Below, in pieces: positions 26,325-35,320 of a stretch of 56,457 nucleotides of DNA. The DNA comes from Vicugna vicugna (taxonomy: Eukaryota): the NCBI GenBank assembly GCA_013265495.1, contig MU058449.1, positions 792,176 to 848,632 on the forward strand, in the 5' to 3' direction. The notes below the pieces were generated by a model. It was not told the origin of the DNA and ran no database searches. It saw only the letters and a list, made by a program, of their open reading frames with translations. The stretch's first letter is position 1. Each line of letters opens with the position of its first letter. A program made the translations under genes and the position numbers.

Positions 26325-26860
26325 CGGTGTGGTTCTCAGCCTGGCTGCTCTGGTGTCATCTGGGAGCTTGTTAGAAATGTGCAATCTTGGATCTCACTTT
26401 GGTTTAATGAATCAGAAACTGCATGTCAGGAAGAGCTGCAGGTTAATTGAATACAGGTGATTTGAGTAACACTGCTTAAGGTACAAGACTCAAATCTGCT
26501 TGCATGTTAGGGACACCTGGCTAGTTTGAGGAACTGTTTTTATCTAGTTCCCACCACCAGAGACCCAGATTTAACTTTTCCCTGAATCTAATGATTTTGA
26601 ACAAGTCCCCAGGAACTTCTAATGTACAGTGGTGTACGTAAGAAGTAAAGATGGGACTTTCAGAAATGTCTGCCTTATGGCAGTTGTTCTCAAAGTTTGG
26701 TGGCCGAAGGAATCATCTGGAGGGCTTTTCATGACACAGATTTGGGCTCATCCCCAGAGGATCTAACTCAGGTCTGGGTCCATATTTTATTTCTTTCAAG
26801 TTCCTACTTGATGCTGAAGCTAGTGGTGTGGGGACCACCCTTGGAGAAGCACTGCTTTAG
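26325..26860. mobile_element. Cluster of MER5-type fragments
   Basis: …GGTTCTCAGCC…CTGGGAGCTTGTTAGAAATG… and CAGTTGTTCTCAAAGTTTGG…GGACCACCCTTGGAGAAGCACTG. Confidence 0.6.
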
Positions 26861-27185
26861 AGCGTATAGTGATTTTGGAAAATTTGCAATTAACAATCAC
26901 CTTCCATAAGACAGGCATGAAAAATACAGTCTGTTCATAGATTTTGTCCCTGCACAGCCATAAAATCTTTTGTTCATCTATCCTTTTTGTTTGCTATTTT
27001 TTGTAATTTCTAAGTTTATAACATTCACTTAAAATTATGACACATGTGAAAGTAAAAATAATTTAAAATGTATTACATTTCTGAATGGAAATGCCCAGAC
27101 AAAGCTGTATTTGAAGACATAAAAAGTAGATAGAAGCTTGCATCAATTCCTGGATTTTCTTGAGAATCATGATTTTAAGAGCATC

Positions 27186-27642
27186 TGTCAACAACAGAAA
27201 AACAATGCAGGAGGCTGCAAATAAGAAAAGAGTTTATTTAGGGGTAATAAGAATTCCAATTCAGGAGACACAGTTTCAGGTATCTTCAAACGACTGTTCC
27301 TGGGAAGAGAAAGTGTCACGGGCTTGCAAAGAAAAAAGCCATGAAGTTACAAGTTGCTTCACAAGAATCAGGATGGACTCTGATGCAAATATTTCTCTCT
27401 TTAAGGAGAAAATATTTGTCCTTAAAGTATCAGGAGCTATTTTAGGGGAAATTTCTATAAGTAGATCAGCTGTCACAAGTTATTTTTAGGTTAAGAGTCC
27501 AATAAGTATCTTGAGTAACTAGCAGATGTTCTGGATGACCTCATCAGGTCTAAAGGTCAGATTCTATCCCGGCTGAGACATGCATAAATCACACTTCCTC
27601 AGTGGCGGCCTGGTTTTATTTTAGAGCTGTCTCTTAGCAATA
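27186..27642 (-). mobile_element. LTR-like insertion within tandem unit 1
   Basis: Starts TGTCAAC, has antisense poly(A) signal TTTATT at ~27233; absent from units 2 and 3, whose alignment resumes after it. Confidence 0.5.
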
Positions 27643-27829
27643 CTGCGAAGACTTTGGTTTTCCTTCCAAATTTGAAATGCAAAAAAATGCTAATAAAGCA
27701 GGGAGGTAGTCCAGAATGTGATGTTTGTATTAGTGACCAATTTTATTAATTTAGGGGCAAAGCTTGCACAATCATCCTATGATATACACACACACACTTC
27801 TAGATTATCCAAATATATATGAAAGTTCT

Positions 27830-28100
27830 GGAATGCTACTTAGCCTTAAAAAATAATTAACAATGCCATTTTCAGCAATATGGATGGATCTGGAGATACA
27901 TTTTAAGTGAAATAAGCCAGAAAGAGAAAGAAAAATACTATATATCACTTATATTTGGAATCTAAAAATAAAGACAAATGAACTTATTTACAAAACAGAA
28001 ACAGACTCACAGACATAGAAAACAAACTTATGGTTACCAGGGGGTGAAGGGAGTGTGCAGGGATAAATTGGGAGTTATTCTTCAATAAAAATATATATAT
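27830..28100 (+). mobile_element. LINE-1 3' fragment within tandem unit 1
   Basis: …ATGCCATTTTCAGCAATATGGATGGATCTGGAG…ACAGACTCACAGACATAGAAAACAAACTTATGGTTACCAGGGG. Confidence 0.88.
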
Positions 28101-28236
28101 ACAAAAAAGTACAACTATACTTGTAATTATAGGTATAATTGAATTGGATGTAAGTTCTAAATTTTGAAACACATTATCCAAACAAATTCATGAACACTTC
28201 ACTGCAGTGTAATAACATTTTTACAGTCAGCCCAGT

Positions 28237-28426
28237 TGACTTAATCACTAGGCTAACTGTAGAAATTTGGTCAATCTCAGACCTCATCCACAATGCAAAA
28301 CAACACAGCCAACTCCAGATTTAAAAAACTCCTGCTGGGTGCTGTTGAGATGTAGTGGTTGAGTTAATCCAATCAATTCCACTGTTCTCATAATTAGATT
28401 AGAACCCACCAACCCAGATTGAATCA
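28237..28426. promoter_or_regulatory. Cluster of DUX-type double-homeodomain motifs
   Basis: TGACTTAATCA 28237-28247 and TAATCCAATCA 28365-28375 (perfect T[AG]AYYYAATCA); TAATTAGATTA 28391-28401 and AGATTGAATCA 28416-28426 (10/11, reverse strand). Confidence 0.6.
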
Positions 28427-28532
28427 GGAAAGAACTAGGTATTTCTCCTGCACCGTTTTTATGTGACAGAATTAACTCTCCTTACCAGTTAATGGCTGAT
28501 TCAGAGTTTTAAAGTCTGTAACACTTGTTTAG

Positions 28533-29524
28533 TCAACTATGGAAATGAGTAGAAAAAAAGTAATACAAATATTATATTCTGAGTATGAGGTGCTCAAACA
28601 GAGTTGTATTTGAAGACATGATAAAGGAGGTGGCATTTACCTGGCCCCCTCCAGTGTCATTAGGAATTGAAGAAAATCAAATGGAGAAAATTTGATGTTT
28701 CTGTAACTTGTGAGCCACTTTCAGCAGGGATGATTTCCAGAAGTTGCTATTGACACAGGTGGATCATTTTATTAATTTATGGGCAGAACTAGGGATATCA
28801 TGCTATGATTTAACAAAATTGTACTTCTAGAGTATCCATCATATCTAAAAAAATGACCAGCAACCATTGTAATTCTTTGTATCATTGAATTAGGTGTGCA
28901 TTTAGAAATTTCTAACACCTTTTCCACATGCATGTCCTCAGGTCATTGGAGTGGCCCATGCAACTGCAATGGTCTGGTCGTTTTGCCCACATTAATACCA
29001 GCCCCAAACACACCTCAACTGACAAGGCTGACCAATTTAAAAATACTTCCAGTTAGTACACAAACCCTTGTGAATAATGACAGATTTGGATGATTTAATC
29101 GCTGGATTATTTTTGAAGATAGGACTAGGTTCTCCAGTCAGAGCCCACAGTCTAAAAACTTTCACTAAAGAGCTAACAACAGCCATCAGTGAAGAGAACT
29201 GCTCCCCTCAAGCTGCAGAGGTGACCAAATATAAAACTAGTTTCTGTTACTCTAACTATGCTAGTTGGAATAAAAAAGATGTCCCCAGGTGATCATCACC
29301 CTGGCTTCAGAGTCCCCTACGCCACTGAAGACCATCCTTCTAGCTGAAGAATCAAGTGACTGGCATCCGGCCCTCGTCACCAGGCAGAGTGGCTGTGGCA
29401 TGTATGAGTAACATGGACAGGAGCATGGAGGCCCACGGCATTGTCAGGGTGAAAGGGTTCAGTATCAGGTCTTCTGGAGCTACATCCCATGTGAGGCCTT
29501 CAGAACTGGCACCCAACCATTCAA
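28533..29524 (+). repeat. Tandem unit 2 of the SSU72-like repeat (upstream region + 5' CDS fragment)
   Basis: Aligns end to end with 29525-~30545 (e.g. CATGATAAAGGAGG, AAATCAAATGGAGAAAAT, GGTGGATCAT.TTATTAATT.ATGGGCAGAACTA, CTTCTAGAGTATCCAT, CATGTCCTCAGGTCA); period ~1 kb; TATAAAA at 29230. Confidence 0.92.
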
Positions 29525-29526
29525 TC
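29368..29526 (+). pseudogene. 5' fragment of SSU72-like gene (~53 codons, ATG lost)
   Basis: (R)PSSPGRVAVACMSNMDRSMEAHGIVRVKGFSIRSSGATSHVRPSELAPNHSI; CGG at the ATG position; truncated at the duplication junction. Confidence 0.9.
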
Positions 29527-30091
29527 AACTGTGCCAATAGATAGAGGGAAAGCAACTAACAGTACTGTATTCTGAATGTGGAGTGTTCACACAGAGCCCT
29601 ACGTGGCAACATGATAAAGGAGGCAGAGTCTGCCTTGCTCTGCTCCCTCCCAAATCATGATTTGAAGGAAATCAAATGGAGAAAATGCAGTGTTCTTTTA
29701 ACTTGTGAAACACTATCAGCAGGGATGTTTTCCAGAAGTGGTTTTTGACACTGGTGGATCATGTTATTAATTCATGGGCAGAACTATGGATATCTTGCTA
29801 GGATTGAACACAATTCTACTTCTAGAGTATCCATTGTCTGTGGGGGGAAAAAGTGCTACAAGCATTGTGATTTGGTGTCTAACTGATTTAGGTAGGCTTG
29901 GAAATTTCCAGCACCTTTTCCACACATGTCCTCAGGTCACTGGAGGGGCTGGTGACCAGCCTGCCTGTAGCCTAGTTGTTTGCCTAACATCAGTAGTAGC
30001 CCCAGACCCACGGGAGTGGGACTGGGCTCACTATAGATTGCAAAATGCTCCCTGGGGTAGCTACACCCTTGCAGAGCATGAGAGGTTCGGG

Positions 30092-30256
30092 TGATTGAAT
30101 CTCTGGGGAGCTCTGAGGACCAGACAAGTTTCTGTGGTCACAGCCCATGATGTTCACCCAATCAATTGAGAGCTAACATAATCAATCCATTGGGAGCTAA
30201 CACCATCAATCAATCAAGAGTTCTCCACCCACTGCCCAGAGGTGACTCTACATAAA
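30092..30256 (+). promoter_or_regulatory. Putative proximal promoter of the SSU72-like gene
   Basis: DUX-like TGATTGAATCT 30092-30102, TCACCCAATCA 30154-30164 (also a CCAAT box), repeated AATCAATC half-sites, TATA-like TACATAAA 30249-30256 (homologous to TATAAAA in unit 2). Confidence 0.5.
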
Positions 30257-30387
30257 CCCACATCTCTTTGACCCTTGCCTAGTTGGCAAGAAGAGTTGGA
30301 CCGGGGTGGTCATCTCCCTGGCCTTAGAGTCCCATCGGCCCCTGAAGCCCACCTGTCTGGCTGTAGTCCGAAGTGGCCGCCATCACC

Positions 30388-30972
30388 ATGCCCTCTTCCC
30401 CACTCAGGGTGGCTGTGGTGTGTATGAGTAACTTGAACAGGAGCATGGAGGCCCACGGCATCCTCAGGAGGAAAGGGTTCAATGTCAGATCTTTCGGAGC
30501 AGCATCCCAAGTGAGGCTCCCGGGACAGGCAGGCAACCGTCCAGTGATTTACGATTTCTCGGTGACGTACGGGCAGATGCGCAAGGACCTTTACCGGAGA
30601 GACCGAGAACGCTACAGCAGCAATGGCATCTTGCACATCTTGGGAAGAAATGAGAAAATCAAGGCCCGCCCAGAAAGATTTCAAGAGTGCAGAGATGCCT
30701 TCGACGTCATCTTCACCTGTGAGGAGCGCGTCTACGACAGGGTGGTGGAAGACCTGTGTGCCCGAGAACAGGAGACCTGCCAGCCGGTGCACGTCATCAA
30801 CGTGGACATGAAAGACACCCTGGAGGACGCCACCCTCGGGGCGTTGATCATCTGTGAGCTGTGCCAACGCCTCCAGCAGGCGGACGACGTGGAAGGCAGT
30901 GTGGCGGAGGTGCTCCTGTCAGCGGAGGAGAAAACGGGAAGAAGCTTCCTTCACACCATCTGCTTCTACTGA
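30388..30972 (+). CDS. SSU72L: SSU72-like RNA polymerase II CTD phosphatase, intronless retrogene (194 aa, intact)
   Basis: ACCATGC start; MPSSPLRVAVVCMSNLNRSMEAH…RPERFQ…TCEERVYD…EQETCQPVHVINVDMKD…FLHTICFY; same length as SSU72 with no indels; C12-x5-R18 P-loop and D143 kept; no introns. Confidence 0.93.
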   Translation: MPSSPLRVAVVCMSNLNRSMEAHGILRRKGFNVRSFGAASQVRLPGQAGNRPVIYDFSVTYGQMRKDLYRRDRERYSSNGILHILGRNEKIKARPERFQECRDAFDVIFTCEERVYDRVVEDLCAREQETCQPVHVINVDMKDTLEDATLGALIICELCQRLQQADDVEGSVAEVLLSAEEKTGRSFLHTICFY

Positions 30973-31543
30973 GGCTCTCGGCTGGTTCGGGTTCCTTCCG
31001 CGGTCAGACCTTATGCGTGGGCTTTTGGACTGGTCTGCATGTTCTGTCAGAAGTGTCTGGAAGGCTCTTTTCGCTAAAAGCTATTTACAGGATTTTTCAA
31101 AGTTCTCAGGAAATAGACCAGAAAAGCATTTTATGGGAAAGGGAATGTGGATTACCAGTAGTCATCAAAACCCTTCCAGTGTGGGGGACAACTTTTTATG
31201 GATTTTACCTTCAAGCAACAATTTAGTGCTCACATTGCTCTGCAAGGAAGTTACCATGAAGGACTCCATTTTCCAGATGAAGAAAGCAAGGCTTATAATG
31301 AAGTGCTGGACAAGTGGTTTGTTGAAAATTATTCAGAAAAAAAACAGTGTCTATTCTATCGTTTTAAAACAATTTCCTTTTGCTCATTTTGCATGATATA
31401 TTAATTATAAAAGGGTGAGTTTTTTGTGAGATAGGAATGTATTGAATGCCTGAAGTTATAGATGCATTTATTTTTAGATTATATGTCTTTGACAAATGCC
31501 ATCTTCACTGGAAACCCAGGGTTGATCATCTGCCACATGTTAT

Positions 31544-32143
31544 TGAGACAGGAAGGGGGCAGGGCACAGCTGGTCAAGGAATAACACAGCAATTAACACC
31601 AGAATGGCGAAAGGTCCAACCCCTAGTAGGCCTTGAGGCTCAAGATGGAGGGAGATTTGACTTCTAGTAGACTGTGAGCTTCATTATACTCCTATTATAA
31701 TATATTAACATGGTGAATAACATGCCCACAGGCGCCATGACAGTCCCAAGGCTAGCCTCAAGAGGTCAAAGAGTGGGAAATGGCCAGTTTCCTGGGAATC
31801 CCAGCCCCTTCCCCAGACAAGTTAGACTGGTCCTTCCACTTATTAAGATATAAAGCTACTGAGCCCATAAAAACTGGCCTTCAGAGACAGCCCGCACTCT
31901 GTCTATGGAGTATGTACAAAGTTTTACTCTAAGCTGAGCACCCAAACCCCACACCTCATGGCCTTGCTCTTGCCTTCTGATGTATCTCTGTAAATAAATA
32001 TACCTGTATTCAACTGTGGCTCACTCTTGAATTCTTTCCTGCGCGAAGCCAAGGACCCACACTTGGCGGGGCACGTCCCAGGGGCTCAACCAAAGCCTGG
32101 GACATGGCCCTCCTCATGCCCCACATCCGTTTTTCCTGCATCA
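31544..32143 (+). mobile_element. ERV1-class solo LTR (600 bp), family B copy 1
   Basis: TGAGAC…GCATCA termini; perfect 4-bp TSD TTAT; internal TATAAA (~31850) and AATAAA (~31992). Confidence 0.9.
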
Positions 32144-32255
32144 TTATGACTAAAATCTAGGAATTATATGTTCAATTAAATAGTTCAGCATATGAAATGA
32201 AATAAAAACATCTAATTTAAAGAAAAGGTGTATTCTTGTTTCTGGTAGAGGAAAG

Positions 32256-32540
32256 TGTTGACAGTCTTAAGTGAGTAGGTCGTGGGACCCAGGTCAAAGT
32301 TCACAATAACTTGCACATGTATGAGGTAAGAAGTAAATGTATGCCTGCGCCACTAGCATGAGTCAGCATTATGAACAATACACATGCGCCACTAGCATAA
32401 TAAAAGGACAAGCACGTACACCTGAGCATGCACCACCTGCTTGTACTGCAATAAAGTGCTGTTTTGCTCCATGTCGGCTCCTCGCGCCTTCCAGTTGGGC
32501 AGTTCACCTCAAATCCCTCTCTAGCCTCCCTTGGCTGACA
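32256..32540 (+). mobile_element. Solo LTR (285 bp), family A copy 2
   Basis: TGTTGAC…GCTGACA termini; AATAAA at ~32450; colinear with 25371-25655; degenerate TSD GAAAG/GATGG. Confidence 0.85.
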
Positions 32541-33671
32541 GATGGATTATGACAACATAAGCCCCTTGGTTTCTTACTGTTAAAGCTCTATGAATGACAT
32601 GGGGAAAAGCACTCTCTCAAAGGAGAATTTTATTAAACTGAAAATGTTCATGATTTGGATATTGGGGTCCTTGGAAAGTGGATCCTCACTCCTGGAAAGT
32701 GAAATGGTGATGATCAGCAGTGTCACCAAGGCCTGTGTGATTTCCAGGAGGAAATAAAGACAGGTTGGTGACAGAGTTGAAGGAGTTCACTTGCTGTGTA
32801 AGGAATCAGATGTCAGCTTGCTTTATGGAGTGTAGGCAGGGTGGAGCAGGGGTGCGCCTGGAGGGAGCAGCTAGTATAGTCATTCTTGAGGCGAGGGGAC
32901 CTGGGAGTCGGGTGGTGGCTCTCGACAGGTGGAGTAGATGGCTCTATGGTCGTGCTCCTTATGGTGGCTATTCGCCTTTTCTCCATTCATCCCTTGCTTG
33001 AGCAGTGTCTGCTTCAACCTCTGCCTTTCTCACATACCTACATATTTGCCCCAGGCCCAGCTAATGACTGTTTTAGCTTTAGATCAGAACTCTCCTCTCT
33101 GCTTATCAAAGGGGCAGTGTGGGCTGTGCTTCTCAGCTGGGCTCCCTGTTAACAGATGAAACAACCTGATGTCAATTCTTCTTGTAATCGGTACCCTCCC
33201 CCTGCTTCAGGGCATGAAGACTGCAGCTGTGTCAGCCCCACTGTCAGCAGCACTTGGTCGGTTTTGCTCCCGGACCTTGCTTCAGACATGTAAGTACCCA
33301 CTATCTATGAAACCATTTATGTCTCCGTGCCTGACTCTGGGCTCTTTCTTTGGTCCTGAAGCCGTGCGAGTACAGGTATTGCAGACCTGCGTGGGGTAGC
33401 CCGGCAATGTCGGGTCATGGAGAGCTGCTGGAGCTGAAATGACAGGACTTGGTGAAGAGGAGAGAGAGGGGAGAATTTTGAACCGCTCTCAGTTTTCTGT
33501 CTTTGACCACAGGCGTACAGGTCCACATACCTGCATGTGGCAGTGCTGGTGGTGGGCAGTGAGTGTTCTTTCCGGCTAGATTCACTGCCTTTTCTGATAA
33601 GTATCTCAGTGGACGGTGGGTAGTCAGGGCCAGGATCGGGAAGGGACAGGGATCACTTCAAAATATGGGAA

Positions 33672-34249
33672 TGATGCAGGAAAACGGATGTGGGGCGTGA
33701 GGAGGGCAGAGTCCCAGGTCTCGGTTGAGCCCCTGGGACGTGCCCCACCAAGTGTGGGTCCTTGGCTTCACACAGGAAAGAATTCAAGTGCGAGCCACTG
33801 TTGAGTAAAGGTAGATTTATTTAGAGAGATACATACTGCATAGAGTGTAAGGCAAGAGAAAGGTAAGGAAAGAGGTGTGGGAATTGGGTGCTCAGGTTAA
33901 AAGAAAAATAGGCACACACTCCATAGACGGAGTGCGGGCCGTCTCCTAAGGGGAGAGAGAGCGCAAAAGGGCTACTAGGCGTGCGTGGTGTTGTCACTTT
34001 TTATGGTCTCAGTAACTTCACATGCCTACAGGTGGGATCAATCCAACTGCCCCGGGGAAGGGGCTGAGATTACCAGGAATTGGGCCTTTTGCAGTTAACC
34101 TTGGGTCTGTCATGGCGCCTGCGGGCATGTTATTTGATCGCGCTGTTACAACGAGCATATAATGAAGCTCAAGGTCTACTGGAAGTCAAACCTCTTAATC
34201 CTTAAAGCCAGCTAGGAGGTGAATCTTCCACCATCTTGGTCCTGCCTCA
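33672..34249 (-). mobile_element. ERV1-class solo LTR (578 bp), family B copy 2, inverted
   Basis: TGATGC…GCCTCA termini; perfect 4-bp TSD GGAA; 33672-33822 is the reverse complement of ~31990-32143. Confidence 0.9.
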
Positions 34250-35320
34250 GGAACACAAAATGGAAGTAGCCTTTTAGGTAGTGCTGGGAGCTCGTTTGAA
34301 GAAAAATGATTTTCCCAGATGATATTATTTTTACCAGCAAAGCCACGTGGGAGAAAGTTAGAAAAGGCTGTGAATTGAGCTCCTCTTTGTGCATGCAGAA
34401 GGCAAACATGACAGAGAGAGGAGGCAAGCGCTGTGGGTGCTAAAATGGAGTGATTCCACTGATGAATTACAAAATATAAAGTGTGCATAAAAATGAAAGG
34501 GAATGAGACTGGATTAAATCGGTTGTGGAATACAGTTTGTCTAAGAGCCCTTATAGTTCAAAAAACATAAAAAATTGGGAAGTTGGAACTTTTGAGTTTG
34601 GTGAATGTACTTCTTGAGATTTTGATCAGATGGTAGAGTTCTTGGTGTAATTGTGGAAGCTAACGTTGCTGGTAGACTTAGACAAACACAGTTGAGGAAG
34701 AGGTCAAAACACTGAACATTGTGGGTATTGAGTGGGGAATCTTTTGTGTGCTGGAGTTGCTAAAAATTAGAGTAGTAGTCGAGTAAAAGGCCACCTGAGA
34801 GGGTGCCCGGGCCCATGTTGCTTTCTGAGCCCCCAGTGCCTGGGCCTGTGTTGCTTGGAAATTCTGAGATGGATTAGAGGCGATGATCACAGCTCAGAGA
34901 TGGTTTATGTCGAGCTGTGGATGTTACCACATTGTTTAGCAGGACGGTGAACGCTGGCAGCATTCCACAGGCGGTTCGGGGTCTTACTCGTGGTGAGTGT
35001 GGTCCCAGGATGCAGAGTCCTGATCTTCATTATTGCTTGGCCCTTTTATCTGTATCTTACGATGCTCCTCATTGTGGCAATGTCTTTCCAGCTTTGGATC
35101 TGCTGAAATCGAGCCAAAGCTGGGACCAGATGGCTGCTAAATTCTGCCCTGGGCTTGGGGGCACTTCATTAAAAAGAAATCATGGGGTAGGGAGATTGGG
35201 GCTAGATCAGGTGTTACATTGTAGTGGGAGAAGAGTTTCCAGGTGGTGTGAACTCCACTATTATTCTTAGTTTTGCCAAAGGGAGAGGAAGTTATATTTG
35301 GAAGTTGTAATGGTCACTAC

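Larger units (their letters stand above)
27005..28430 (+). repeat. Tandem unit 1 (most decayed) of the SSU72-like upstream ~1-kb repeat, interrupted by an LTR-like element and an L1
   Basis: Colinear blocks match unit 2: 27107 GTATTTGAAGACAT ~ 28607; 27698 GCAGGGAGGTAGTCCAGAA…TTTTATTAATTTAGGGGCA…CTTCTAGATTATCCA ~ 28724-28838; 28122 TGTAATT…TTGAATT ~ 28868. Confidence 0.75.

Noticed and set aside
30310..31396. 185-aa antisense ORF and 180-aa overlapping ORF at SSU72L
   Set aside because: Shadow frames of a GC-rich CDS and its 3' UTR, with no recognisable motifs
25371..32540. SSU72L carried inside a single provirus or composite retroelement bounded by the two family A LTRs
   Set aside because: The left LTR has its own perfect TSD (ACATT/ACATT), the outer flanks do not match (ACATT vs GATGG), no gag/pol lies between them, and the LTRs are clearly diverged from each other
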